From Alphaproteobacteria bacterium (GTDB taxonomy: Bacteria > Pseudomonadota > Alphaproteobacteria > UBA828): a stretch of 64,000 nucleotides of DNA. The translations under genes were made by a program, and so were the position numbers. Shown here piece after piece: positions 1 to 10,349 of the stretch (the stretch's first letter is position 1; every line of letters begins with the position of its first letter). The notes under the pieces were generated by a model. That model had not been told where the DNA came from. It did no database searches and worked only from the letters and a program-made list of their open reading frames with translations. Where the stretch lies: the NCBI GenBank assembly GCA_963422645.2, contig CAXXVO010000009.1:192001-256000 (forward strand), read 5' to 3'.

Positions 1-1040
1 GCCACAGCCGGATGTATCTGGTCCAGATCTTTCCCCGCGAGAGCCAGGAGATGGTCTTCGAGGCGCACGAGCGTGCCTTCCGCTTCTTCGGCGGGGTCTG
101 CCGGCGGGGCATCTACGACAACATGAAGACGGCGGTGAGCACGATCTTCGTGGGCAAGAAGCGGGACTACAACCGCCGCTTCCAGGAGCTGTGCTCGCAC
201 CATCTGGTGGAGCCTGTGGCGTGCACGCCAGGGGCTGGCTGGGAGAAGGGGCAGGTCGAGAAGCAGGTGGGTGACCTTCGCGGCCGCCTGTTCGTGCCCA
301 TCCCGCGGGGCCGCTCCTACGCCGAGATCAACGAGTGGCTGATGGATCGGTGCATCGAGGACGCCAAGAAGCATCCGCATCCGACAATCCCGGGCAAGAC
401 GGTGTGGCAGGTGTTCGAGGAGGAGCAGCCCTTCCTGATGGCGTATCGCGGCCCCTTCGACGGCTTCCATGCCAGCGAGGTGTCGGTCTCGAAGACCTGT
501 CTGGTGCGCTTCGACAACAACCAGTACAGCGTCGCGGCCCGCGCCGTCGGCCGGCCGGTGGACGTGCGGGCCTATGCCGATCGGATCGTCATCCGCCAGG
601 ACGGCGAGACCGTTGCCGAGCACCCCCGCAGCTTCGGGCGCGGCCGGTTCGTCTACGATCCGTGGCATTACGTGCCGATCCTGACGCGGAAGCCCGGCGC
701 GCTACGCAATGGCGCGCCCTTCAAGGACTGGCAGTTGCCCAACGCGCTCGGCCGCCTGCGAACCCGGCTCGCGGGCCACGACGACGGCGACCGGCAGTTC
801 GTCAAGGTGCTCGCGGCGGTGCTGGAGGACGGACTGGAGGCGGTTGAGGCGGCCTGTGCCGAGACGCTCGACTGCGGTGCCTGCAGCGCCGACGTGGTGC
901 TCAACATCCTCGCCCGGCAGCGCCAGCCGGCACCGCCGGCAATCATCCCGACGCCCGAGGGCCTGCAGCTTCGCCACAAGCCGGTAGCCGACTGTCAGCG
1001 CTACGACAGCCTGAGGGAGGCCGGTCATGGAGCGTCATGA
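1..1040 (+). CDS. istA: IS21-family transposase IstA (5' part outside window)
   Basis: [16 protein letters not shown] and [10 protein letters not shown] motifs; overlaps istB. Confidence 0.95.
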   Translation, partial: HSRMYLVQIFPRESQEMVFEAHERAFRFFGGVCRRGIYDNMKTAVSTIFVGKKRDYNRRFQELCSHHLVEPVACTPGAGWEKGQVEKQVGDLRGRLFVPIPRGRSYAEINEWLMDRCIEDAKKHPHPTIPGKTVWQVFEEEQPFLMAYRGPFDGFHASEVSVSKTCLVRFDNNQYSVAARAVGRPVDVRAYADRIVIRQDGETVAEHPRSFGRGRFVYDPWHYVPILTRKPGALRNGAPFKDWQLPNALGRLRTRLAGHDDGDRQFVKVLAAVLEDGLEAVEAACAETLDCGACSADVVLNILARQRQPAPPAIIPTPEGLQLRHKPVADCQRYDSLREAGHGAS

Positions 1041-1755
1041 TGTGCTGGAGATGATGACCCAGCTGAAGCTCGCAGGTATGCGCGCCGCTTACGACGACAT
1101 CCTTGCCGACGGGCTCAAGCGCCGCCATCCGGTGCAACAGATCATCGGTACGCTGCTGCAGGTCGAGATCGCCGACAAGAGGGCCCGCTCGATCAAGTAC
1201 CAGATGGCCTCCGCCAAGCTGCCGACGGTCAAGGAGCTGGCCGACTTCGACTTCGCCGCCTCGCCGGTCAACGAGCCCCTGATCCAGGAGCTCGCCGGCG
1301 GCGGCTTCCTCGAGGGCAAACGCAACATCGTGCTGGTCGGCGGCACCGGTACCGGCAAGACCCATCTCGCCGTCGCCATCGCGCGGTCCTGCATCCGCAA
1401 GGGCGCGCGCGGCCGGTGCTACAACGTCGTCGACCTGGTCAACCTCCTCGAGGCCGAGCTTCGCGCCGGACGCCAGGGCCGCACTGCAGACCAGCTCGTC
1501 CGCCGCGACTTCGTCATCCTCGACGAGCTCGGCTACCTGCCCTTCGCCCAGGCCGGTGGGCAGCTGCTCTTCCATCTGATGAGCCGGCTCTACGAGCGCA
1601 CCTCGATCGTCATCACCACAAACCTCGCCTTCGGCGAATGGCCATCCGTCTTCGGCGACCCCAAGATGACCACAGCGCTGCTCGATCGCCTCACCCATCA
1701 TTGCGAGATCATCGAGACCGGCAACGAGAGCTGGCGCTTCAAGAACCGCTCCTGA
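1027..1755 (+). CDS. istB: IS21 helper ATPase IstB
   Basis: Walker A GGTGTGKT, Walker [16 protein letters not shown]. Confidence 0.96.
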   Translation: MERHDVLEMMTQLKLAGMRAAYDDILADGLKRRHPVQQIIGTLLQVEIADKRARSIKYQMASAKLPTVKELADFDFAASPVNEPLIQELAGGGFLEGKRNIVLVGGTGTGKTHLAVAIARSCIRKGARGRCYNVVDLVNLLEAELRAGRQGRTADQLVRRDFVILDELGYLPFAQAGGQLLFHLMSRLYERTSIVITTNLAFGEWPSVFGDPKMTTALLDRLTHHCEIIETGNESWRFKNRS

Positions 1756-1957
1756 CCCGCCGCCGGCCTCCCTTGCGGCCCGGTTGCCCCGGTGGGCCAA
1801 CAGGGACCCCCCACGCGGCTTCGCTCCGCGTAGCGCAGGGCGCCACACGAAGCCGCGCGGGTCCCCCCTATTGGCTACCGGGACAACCTCCGCCGTGCCA
1901 CTCAGGGGGGTCAATTTTGCACGCCGATCGGGGGTCAGTATTGAAAGCCGATTGACA

Positions 1958-2580
1958 ACCAGCACGCGCCCGCGCCGGCTCCTGATGTCGAGCCCGGCGA
2001 CGATGGCGTGGCGCTTGCCGTCGGCGCAGATCACGTCGACCGTGGTCGAGTCCAGCTCCCAAAGCTGATTGAGGCGCACGACGTGGGCGGCCGCGTCGCC
2101 GCCGGCCGGCTTGCGGTGCGAGCGGTGGCGGTCGGGATTGGCAACGGCGCTCACCTCGAAGGCGTGCCGGCGCCGCCAGTCGGCGAGCCAATGGCTGATG
2201 GTCGATCGCGCCGGGGCGTTGGCCGAAGCGGGCCTCAAGCGTGCGGTGGCAATGCTCGGCGGTGAGGTGCGAGGGATTGTGCGTGGCGAGCGCTTCCAGG
2301 GTCTCGCGCACGCGGCCTGCGATCTTCGGCGGCCGGCCGGTGGGCTTGCGGTCGAGCAGGGCGCGCACGCGGGCGCCTTCCGGCAGGCCCTTGACCTTGG
2401 CCCGCCAGCGGCCGACGACGGCGGCGGAGACCCCGGCCTCGTCCGCCGCCGTGGCATCGGCGGCGGCGCGCGGAATGCCAACGGCGATCAGGTCCTCGGC
2501 GCGGCGCAAGGCGGCGAGAGGGTGGCGGGCCTGGTCGCGCTGCGCCTCGGTGGCGCGCTCCCGGGCGTGATCGTGCGCGA
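1958..2580 (-). pseudogene. Mu-type (MuA-like) DDE transposase fragment, frameshifted and cut by IS21
   Basis: ERATEAQR..LAALRRAEDL, HTH-like VSAAVVGRWRAKV, then in another frame NQLWELDSTTVDVICADGKRHAIVAGLDIRSRR ending at the IS21 end; no start and no N-terminal domain. Confidence 0.75.
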
Positions 2581-2639
2581 GCTATTCCGGGGCCGATTTT
2601 TCGGCCGATTCGGGATCTATTCCGCCCCCTTTTTCCCGC

Positions 2640-2690
2640 CGTTCGACGCGACTTTCGGCGCCAATTCGACGAAGTTTTCGGCGGGCTACA
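2640..2690 (-). mobile_element. Putative Mu-like transposon end (5'-TGTAGCC on minus strand)
   Basis: Tandem TTCGACG(C/A)..TTTCGGCG repeats then GGCTACA at 2684-2690; same layout as 62598-62647. Confidence 0.6.
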
Positions 2691-2783
2691 ATGAGAGGTA
2701 GAGAGAGACTGGGGGAGGTGGGGAATCCCTGCGCCGTTGCCGGCGCTGCCCCGCTTGCCTATGGTGCCTTCGGTTCACCGAGA

Positions 2784-2860
<77 letters not shown>

Positions 2861-2934
2861 ACCTTTTCACAGGCTTAGCCGCCTCTCGCTTTCCGCCCTT
2901 TGCCGTGAAACAGATTCTGGCGAGGGACGCGCGG

Positions 2935-4664
2935 TGACGCTCCAACCCCGAGGTCACGGCGTTGGCTGAGACCGCCAGGGTCGGCGCGGCGGAGACGAGC
3001 GGTGGACTTCCCCGATGTGGTCCGAAGCGGTCCCGCGTAGCCGGCTGACGAGATGCGGGCCGCTCAGGCGGCCTTGAGTTCCGCGCCTACGGGCTCGATG
3101 TAGCCGTAGCGGCGGAGCATGCGGATCCACCGAGGAGCGTTGCGCTTGACCATCAGAGCGTCGTAGTCGGCCGTGCGGTCGTAGTAGGGCCTGCCGGTCT
3201 TGAGCACCACATAGATGATGCGCAGCATCTTGTGAGCGCCGGCGACGATGGCGCGCTTGTAGCCGCGCCGGGCGGCGAGGGCGCGGTGATGAGCCTCGAA
3301 CTGGCACCCCTTGGTTCGGGCCGCGCCGTGGGCACACTCGACGAGGCAGGCGCGCAGGGTCTTGGAGCCCATGCGGGTGCGTGCGTTGCGGCGCTTGCCC
3401 CCGCTCTCGTTGTTGCCGGGGCAGAGCCCGGCCCAGGCGGCGAAGTGCTCCTTGGAGGCGAACACGCCGATGTCGGGGCCGATCTCGATGAGGATGGTCG
3501 AGGCGGCGGTGCGGTCGATGCCGGGGATGGTGGTCAGCAGACGGAGCTGCTCCTCCCACGGTGTCATCTGCCCGTCGATCTTCCTGGTGTAGGACGCGAT
3601 GCGCGCCTCAAGCGCGTCATGCTCCTCCAGCAGGTCGTTGAGCATGAAGCGGTCGTTGTCGCCCAGGCTCAGGGTGAGCGCCTCGCCGAGCCCCTCCAGC
3701 TTGTTCGCAACGTGGCTGGTGAGCGAGGCGAGGATGACCTCGCGCGCCGTCCCCTGCGCCAGGCCGTCGAGGATCTTCCGGCCGTTGACGCCGAAGACGT
3801 CGGAGAGGATGCCGCCGATGCGCGCACCGGCGCGGTCGATGATCTTCTGCACGCGGTTGCGCACGGCGGAGCGCTGCCTGACCAGGACGCGGCGCTGGCG
3901 GCTCAGTGCGCGCAGCTCCCGGAACGGCTCAGGCGGAACGTGGGAAGGCGTGCAGAGCCCGAACTGGCACACGCAGGCCAGCCACACGCTGTCCGCCACG
4001 TCGGTCTTGCGCCCCTTCAACTGCTTCACCTGACGCGCATGCACCAGGATCGCCTCGAGCCCGGCCGCCTCCAGGGCCGCGAAGGGCGCCTGCCAGTAGA
4101 CCCCGGTCCCTTCCATCACCGCAGCCTCGACGCCGTGACCGGTCAGCCACGCGACCATCTCCTCCAGACCGCTCGGCAGCGTGCCGAAGCAGCGCGTCTC
4201 CACCACCGGCTCACCCTCGCCCTCACAGAGGCGAACCGTCGCGGTGATCTCCATCTTGTGCACGTCCAGACCCGCCGCGCGCGGCCGGACGACGTGCAAG
4301 CCTTCCGTCTTCATCGCCTTCCTCCTCATTTGCGCTCTCGCCACGGCGGCGTACGATCACGCCGTGGCATCGCCACGGTGGAGGCGGGGACAGCGGTCGG
4401 AAGAACACGCATCCGACGAGCGGGTGCGGTGCAATTTGCCGCGCGTCCACGGCCACGGGCCGGGTACAATACGGGGTGCGGAGCCGGCCGCCGGAAGCAG
4501 TTTTGTCATCGGGAACTACGTCACCGATATAACGACGCTCACACGTCCCCACCTCCGCCAATACCCATCCTGACACGGCAAATGGGTGCAAGCGCAAGGA
4601 AAACGTCAGCCGAACCGCTCCTGTTTCATGCCACGGGGTGGCTCAGAACCGCGGGGACCATGAC
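2935..4664 (-). mobile_element. IS110-family element (boundaries approximate)
   Basis: Transposase plus ~350 bp upstream non-coding region; no TIR or TSD, as expected for IS110. Confidence 0.7.
3064..4314 (-). CDS. IS110-family recombinase/transposase
   Basis: DEDD motifs [21 protein letters not shown]; C-terminal IPGI..A and NNESGGK; AGGAGG upstream of ATG 4314. Confidence 0.95.
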   Translation of the reverse strand: MKTEGLHVVRPRAAGLDVHKMEITATVRLCEGEGEPVVETRCFGTLPSGLEEMVAWLTGHGVEAAVMEGTGVYWQAPFAALEAAGLEAILVHARQVKQLKGRKTDVADSVWLACVCQFGLCTPSHVPPEPFRELRALSRQRRVLVRQRSAVRNRVQKIIDRAGARIGGILSDVFGVNGRKILDGLAQGTAREVILASLTSHVANKLEGLGEALTLSLGDNDRFMLNDLLEEHDALEARIASYTRKIDGQMTPWEEQLRLLTTIPGIDRTAASTILIEIGPDIGVFASKEHFAAWAGLCPGNNESGGKRRNARTRMGSKTLRACLVECAHGAARTKGCQFEAHHRALAARRGYKRAIVAGAHKMLRIIYVVLKTGRPYYDRTADYDALMVKRNAPRWIRMLRRYGYIEPVGAELKAA

Positions 4665-5087
4665 TGTTTTGCCGAATAGCTGTCCAGTCGGACAGAAACT
4701 CCGAATTCGGCCGGCCGGACGCGCGCCGGTGCGCTGTCCCCTAGGTCGTACCTCGGTGCGACGGGCGGGGACATGTCAGGCGGGGGCGTTGAGGAAGTAC
4801 CCGCTAGTCACGTGACTCCAAAGTTCGTGGCATAAATTTTGTTCGACCCTGAGGCAAAAGCGCTTGAGGGCGGCGCCGCCAGCGGCCGGCCCATAGCGCG
4901 TGCCATCGCGACGCCCTCCATTGTCACACCCAGATGGCCACTACGAAGGAAACTTACTTCAGTGCCAGATGGCTAGAGCGCGTCCGACTTTGACGGACGC
5001 GCAACAGGCCGCGACTGCGGCCCGCCGCCAATGCGGCGCGCCCGCGCAGGCGCCGGCCCCAGGCCGGCTGCCGTGAGCGATGAAGAT

Positions 5088-5999
5088 CTAAAGATGCGCC
5101 TTGGGTCCCCGGCCGCCACCTTGCATCGCCTCGCGGCGGGCGATGTAGATGCCGCTGGTGACGATCAGCGCCGCGCCCAGCCAGGTCCACACGTCGACGA
5201 CATCGCCGAACCAGAGGAAGCCGATCACCGCGGCGCCGATCAGCTGGCCGTAGTCGAAGGGGCCGACCACCGAGGCGCGGCCGTACTGATAGGCCTTGAT
5301 CACCAGAAAGTGCCCGCCACCGCCGAACACGCCGAGGCCGATGAAGGCCCCCCAATGGACGAGCTCCGTCGGCCAGGTCCAGAAGAAGGGCCCGGCAGCC
5401 GTGGTCGCCACCAGCGCCACGATGATCGTGTAGATCGCGGTGGTGCGGTAGTCGTCCTGAGCCGCAAGCTGGCGGGTCTGGATCTGGAAAAGCGCGTAGG
5501 CGGCTGCGGCGCCCAGCACCAGCAGGAAGGACCAGTGGATGATCTCGCCGCCGGGCCGGAAGATCACCGCCGCCCCGGCAAAGCCCACCGCCACGGCGGC
5601 CCAGCGTCGGGGGCCCACCCGCTCCCCCAGCATCGGCACCGAGAGGGCGACGACCATGAGCGGCGCCGTGAAGAAGGCCATCGTTATGGCCGTGAGCGAC
5701 ACGTGCGAGAGCGCGGTGATGTAGAGCACCAACGCAACGAGCTGCAGCGCGGAGCGGATGAGCTGGAGGCCCGGCCGGTTGCTGCGCAGGATGCGGAGCC
5801 CGCCATAAGGTACAAAGAGCCCGAGCATCCATACCATGTGGACAACCGAGCGCATCCACATGATCTGCACGATCGAATAGTCGTTCGACAGGAGATACTT
5901 CACCAACGCATTGAGCAGAGGAAAGACGACGATCGCAACGAGGCACATGAAGAGGATGCCCCGGAAGGAATCGTCGATGCGGGCGGGGGCGATGGTCAT
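5088..5999 (-). CDS. DMT/EamA family transporter
   Basis: About 10 hydrophobic segments, LGERVGPRRW..V.VGF.G. Confidence 0.92.
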   Translation of the reverse strand: MTIAPARIDDSFRGILFMCLVAIVVFPLLNALVKYLLSNDYSIVQIMWMRSVVHMVWMLGLFVPYGGLRILRSNRPGLQLIRSALQLVALVLYITALSHVSLTAITMAFFTAPLMVVALSVPMLGERVGPRRWAAVAVGFAGAAVIFRPGGEIIHWSFLLVLGAAAAYALFQIQTRQLAAQDDYRTTAIYTIIVALVATTAAGPFFWTWPTELVHWGAFIGLGVFGGGGHFLVIKAYQYGRASVVGPFDYGQLIGAAVIGFLWFGDVVDVWTWLGAALIVTSGIYIARREAMQGGGRGPKAHL

Positions 6000-6031
6000 C
6001 GTGCTGTTTTAGCCCGGAACTCTTGCCGGGG

Positions 6032-6925
6032 TCAGGTGGCCCTCTGCCTTAGACGCGCTTCCCGGTGGGCGATGTAGAGGCCGCTCGCGATGATCACGGC
6101 GGCGCCGACCCAGGTCCAGGCGTCGGGAACTTCGCCGAAAAACGCGAAGCCGAAGATGCTGGCGCCTACCAGCTGGCTGTAATCGAAGGGGCCGACCAGC
6201 GAAGCCTCGGCGTACTGATAGGCCTTGATGATGAAGTAGTGGGCGAGACCGCCCACCACGCCGAGCGAGAGGAAGAGCAGCCAGTCCACCGTGTTCCTGG
6301 GCATTTCCCAGAAGAAGGGCACCGCGACCGTGGCCACGATGAAGGCGGCGAGGATCGTGTAGACCGCCGTCGTGCGCGGATCGTCGTGGCCCGCGAGCTT
6401 GCGGGTCTGGATCTGATAGATGGCGTAAAAGAACGCACCGCCGAGCACGAGCAGCGCACCCCAGTGCACCGCATCGGCGCCGGGGCGGAGGACGATCAGG
6501 ACACCGGCGAAGCCGACGAAGACCGCAGCCCAGCGGCGCGGCCCCACGCGTTCGCCGAGGAAGGGCACCGAGAGCGCCACCAGTATCAGCGGCCCGGTGA
6601 AGAGCACCATCGTGACGGTCGTGATCGGTGTCCAGAAGAGCGCGACCCAGATCAGCGTGAAGGTCACGAGCTGGGTCAGCGAGCGAATCGACTGCAGCCA
6701 CGGGCGGCGGCTCGCGAAGAGCCTCGGCCCCATCGCCGGCATGAAGAGCACCACCATGAAGCCCAGGTGCACGACGCAGCGGAACCAGATGATCTGCACC
6801 ATGTGATAGTCGGCGATGAGCGCCTTCACGAGGGCGTTGAGCCCCGGCAGCCCGAATCCCGCGGCCATGCACATGTAGAGGACGCCGACGAGCGGCGCGG
6901 CCGAGGCGGATTGCGGGGGGACCAT
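6032..6925 (-). CDS. DMT/EamA family transporter (tandem paralog)
   Basis: Same EamA signature; similar to the adjacent gene. Confidence 0.92.
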   Translation of the reverse strand: MVPPQSASAAPLVGVLYMCMAAGFGLPGLNALVKALIADYHMVQIIWFRCVVHLGFMVVLFMPAMGPRLFASRRPWLQSIRSLTQLVTFTLIWVALFWTPITTVTMVLFTGPLILVALSVPFLGERVGPRRWAAVFVGFAGVLIVLRPGADAVHWGALLVLGGAFFYAIYQIQTRKLAGHDDPRTTAVYTILAAFIVATVAVPFFWEMPRNTVDWLLFLSLGVVGGLAHYFIIKAYQYAEASLVGPFDYSQLVGASIFGFAFFGEVPDAWTWVGAAVIIASGLYIAHREARLRQRAT

Positions 6926-7325
6926 GCGACCTTCTAGCCCGGATTTCTTGTCGAGATCAGGGCCTGCGCCTCATTCAGGGCAGACAAGCAGGCTGGAGTC
7001 CCAGAAAACCGGTCGTGTTTCGTTTCAAAACAAGGGTTTACGCGAAACTGGGTTTGTTTAGAAAATTTCATGGTTGCCGCGCCCTGCCTGCGCCCGGCGG
7101 GACACCGCCGCGCGCGGGTACGCGCGCTGAATCTGGACAGGAGCGCCCGGCAACCGGCGGGAGTCCGCCATTGACGGGAACCGGGCTGCGAAGCAGTCCG
7201 GACGGCGCGACCGCGCCGCGCGCGTAGCGCGGAGCCAAGCGAGCGGAGCGAGCACCCGGCGATTGAGGGAACTATCTAAAAACCCGCCCGCCGTTGAGGG
7301 AACCTATTAAACCACCGCCCGCGCC

Positions 7326-8075
7326 TCATTCCGGCCCGAGGGACAGGATCGATGTGGGCCCGGTGCGGAACACCCGCGGCGCAATTTCTGGCCAGGATTC
7401 GCCGGGCTCGGCTTCGGGGCGGGATTCACCGGGATCAGGTGGGATTAGGCTGGATGGCCGGGATTCCGCCGGATTCCACGGGTCCACCGGCACCGATGTG
7501 ACGGTGCGCGGCGGCCGGGGCGGCGGGGGCGGGTCGCCCTCCACCGCCGCGCGGATCATGGCGACGGTTTCCGACGAGAGCCCCCCCTGGGGCTTGGCCT
7601 GGCCGGCGCTCTGCGCCGCCTTCTTCACCGCCTGCTCCCGGTCCGCGCGGAGCTTGTCGGTACCCTCGATGCGCTTGAGAGTGAGGGCGAGGCGGGCGAG
7701 CTCCTCTGTCGAGGCGGGCTCTTCCCGCTTGCTGAGGTCGGCCATGGTCGAGAGCACCATGGTCCGCAGGGTCTCGATCAGGAACAGCGCCGTGCGGCCT
7801 TCGGGGCGCTCGCCGAGCGCGTCCACCCACGCCTTGATGGTGCGGTCGGTCTCCTCTTGTTTGCGGATCAGGTCGCGCATGTTCTTGGCGTAGCGGCCGA
7901 CGGCGGAGCGCGAGCATGTCTCGCCCCCGGCCCGGATGCGGGCGGCGATCTCGTCGATGGTGGCGCCGTCCGCGATGGCCGCATCGACGGCCTCGCGCAG
8001 CTCGGGCGCCAGGCGGTCGATGGAGGAGCGGCCGAATGCCGGGCCGGTCGGGGTCTTGGGGGCTTCGTTCTGCAT
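7326..8075 (-). CDS. Mu gp27-like (DUF3486) phage protein with Pro-rich C-terminal tail
   Basis: GRSSIDRLAPELRE, SRSAVGRY and GLSSETVAMIR resemble the DUF3486/gp27 pattern. Confidence 0.75.
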   Translation of the reverse strand: MQNEAPKTPTGPAFGRSSIDRLAPELREAVDAAIADGATIDEIAARIRAGGETCSRSAVGRYAKNMRDLIRKQEETDRTIKAWVDALGERPEGRTALFLIETLRTMVLSTMADLSKREEPASTEELARLALTLKRIEGTDKLRADREQAVKKAAQSAGQAKPQGGLSSETVAMIRAAVEGDPPPPPRPPRTVTSVPVDPWNPAESRPSSLIPPDPGESRPEAEPGESWPEIAPRVFRTGPTSILSLGPE

Positions 8076-8163
8076 GGCGGGGCTGTGCTCGCGGGCTGGT
8101 TCCGGGGTCATTCCGCAATGCTGCCCCGCCCCGCACGCACCCTCCACCGCACCATGGTCCGGG

Positions 8164-8346
8164 GTCGCTCGCGCCCGAAGGCTCGCGAGCGCGGAAGTAG
8201 AGTCACGCGCGCCCGTAGGGTCGCGAGCGCGGAAGTAGAGTCGCGCAAGCCCGTAGGGTCTCGCGCGCGGAATATAGAGTCGCTCGCGCCCGAAGGCTCG
8301 CGAGCGCGGAAGTAGACTCACGCGCGCCCGAAGGGTCGCGAGCGCG
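8164..8346. repeat. Tandem array of five ~38-bp hairpin-forming units
   Basis: Unit GTCGCTCGCGCCCGAAGGCTCGCGAGCGCGGAAGTAGA with variants; internal GCTCGCG/CGCGAGC stem. Confidence 0.9.
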
Positions 8347-8381
8347 AGACACATGGCCGGGGGTTGCGACCGCTCCAGCCG

Positions 8382-8652
8382 CTAGCCCGCATTTTTCACC
8401 AGGGTCACGGCCTGCGTCGTGCCCAGGCGTTCGATCCGCTAGGAGCGGGCCGAAAAGCGTATCAGGGAATACGGTTGAGGCCCGCGACGACGCGGGCGGA
8501 CGCCTGGGCGCGACCCGAAGGGCGGCGCTCTCCGGCCGACAGCGTGCGTCGCGACCCTTGCCCGATGCACCACATCGCGCTGCGCGCCGCTCCTACTCTG
8601 TCGGCCGGAGAACGCCGCGCAGACCATGACCGTGGTGAGAAATGCGGGCTAG
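8382..8652. mobile_element. MITE-like element, copy 1
   Basis: ~28-bp imperfect TIRs CTAGCCCGCATTT(T/C)TCACCA(G/C)GGTCA; inverted homolog at 29917-30214. Confidence 0.85.
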
Positions 8653-8656
8653 GCGT

Positions 8657-10279
8657 TCAGGCGGCGGCGGGCGCTTCGGCGGGGAGCGGCGGCTTGCCCA
8701 GGATCATGTCGGCCGCCTTCTCCGCGATCATGATGGTGGGGGCGGCGGTGTTGCTGCTGGTGATGAGCGGCATGACCGAGGCGTCGACGACCCGGAGCCC
8801 CTCCGCGCCGCGCAAGCGCAGCTCTGCGTCCACCACGGCGCGCTCGTCGCGCCCCATGCGGCAGGTGCCGACCGGGTGCCAGACGGTGGTGAGGTTGGCC
8901 CTGATCCAGGCATCGATCTCGTCGTCCGACTGCGCCTGACTGCCCGGCGCGATCTCGTCGCCGCGGTAGGGGTCGAAGGGCGCCTGGGCCATGATCCGCC
9001 GCGCGAAGCGCACCGCGGCGCGCATCACCCGGCGGTCGGTCTCGGCGCTCAGCGTGTTGGCGTGGATTGCCGGCGCCGCGTGAGCGTCTGCGGCGGCGAT
9101 GCGCACCTCCCCGCGGCTCTCGGGCCGGAGCTGGTAGCAGTGGGTGAGGAAGCCGTGCCGGCCCTGCTTCTTGCGGGTCACGTCGAGGGTGAGGCCGGGG
9201 ATGAAGGTCACCTGCAGATCGGGCGCATCGAGCCCCTCGCGGCTGCGCGCGAAGCCGCCGGCCTCCAGCGCGATCGAGGTGCCGGGGCCGGTGCCGAAGA
9301 GGTAGGCGCGGAGGCAGGCGAGCGCCGCGCGGTCGGGCCGCAGCAGGTCGTAGAGCGCCACCGGCTGGGTGCAGGCAACTTGCACGTAGACGCCCGCGTG
9401 ATCCTGCAGGTTGCGCCCGACATCGGGGCTTTCCGCCACGACGTCGATACCGAGAGACTTGAGATGCTCCGGCGCGCCAATTCCCGAGAGCTGCAGCAGT
9501 TGGGGCGAGTTGATCGTGCCGGCTGAGAGGATCACCTCGCGGCGCGCGCGGATCTCGCGCCGCTGCCCCCCTTGCCGGTAGGCGACGCCGACGCAGCGCC
9601 TGCCTTCGAAGAGCAGCCGCTCGACATGGGCACGGAGCACGACGCGCAGATTGCTTCGCTCCCGCACCGGCAGGATGAAGGCATGGCCGGTGTTCACCCG
9701 CCGCCCCCGGTCGACGCAGAAATCCTGCCGGCCGACGCCCTCCTGCACCGCGCCGTTGAAGTCGTCGTTGCGCGGCAAGCCATACGCCTCGCAGGCCTCG
9801 AGGAAGACGCCATAGAGCGGGTTTTCCGAGGCGGCGCGGTTCACGCGGAGCGGGCCGTCGCTGCCGTGATAGGCGTCGCGGCGGGAGCCGTGCCCCTCGG
9901 CCCGCTTGAAGTAGGGCAGCACGCTCTCGTAGTCCCAGCCGTCGAGTTCGCGCTGGCGCCAGCCGTCGTAGTCCATGCGGTTGCCGCGCATGTACATCAT
10001 GCCGTTGATGGCGGACGTGCCGCCCAGCACCTTGCCGCGCGGCCAGGGGACGCGGCGGCCGTCGAGATGGGGCTCGGGCTCGGTCTCGTAGCCCCAGTTG
10101 ATCGAGCGCATGAAGTAGACCAGCCCCGCCATCAGCGGGATGTGGATGAAGGGATGGCGCGCCTCGCCGCCGGCCTCCAGCAGCGCGACGCTGGTCCCGG
10201 GCTCGGCCGAGAGCCGGTTGGCCAGCACACAGCCGGCGGTGCCGCCGCCGATCACGACGAAATCATGCTCGTCCGCCAT
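8657..10279 (-). CDS. GMC family oxidoreductase (choline dehydrogenase-like)
   Basis: GGGTAG FAD motif, PRGKVLGGTSAINGM, WHPVGTCRMG. Confidence 0.95.
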   Translation of the reverse strand: MADEHDFVVIGGGTAGCVLANRLSAEPGTSVALLEAGGEARHPFIHIPLMAGLVYFMRSINWGYETEPEPHLDGRRVPWPRGKVLGGTSAINGMMYMRGNRMDYDGWRQRELDGWDYESVLPYFKRAEGHGSRRDAYHGSDGPLRVNRAASENPLYGVFLEACEAYGLPRNDDFNGAVQEGVGRQDFCVDRGRRVNTGHAFILPVRERSNLRVVLRAHVERLLFEGRRCVGVAYRQGGQRREIRARREVILSAGTINSPQLLQLSGIGAPEHLKSLGIDVVAESPDVGRNLQDHAGVYVQVACTQPVALYDLLRPDRAALACLRAYLFGTGPGTSIALEAGGFARSREGLDAPDLQVTFIPGLTLDVTRKKQGRHGFLTHCYQLRPESRGEVRIAAADAHAAPAIHANTLSAETDRRVMRAAVRFARRIMAQAPFDPYRGDEIAPGSQAQSDDEIDAWIRANLTTVWHPVGTCRMGRDERAVVDAELRLRGAEGLRVVDASVMPLITSSNTAAPTIMIAEKAADMILGKPPLPAEAPAAA

Positions 10280-10349
10280 GCTTCCCCCTGCATAGACGCG
10301 AGGTCTGCCTTAGACTGCGCCGCCCCCACCCTTCAGCACGGACCCCGCC

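Larger units (their letters stand above)
1..1957 (+). mobile_element. IS21-family element, right part
   Basis: istA-istB followed by two subterminal GGGGTCA...GCCGAT repeats (~1905-1952) and an ...ATTGACA end at 1957, abutting a cut Mu-type transposase. Confidence 0.9.

Noticed and set aside
8164-8346. 38-bp repeat array as a CRISPR array
   Set aside because: Units are contiguous with no unique spacers; no cas genes in the window
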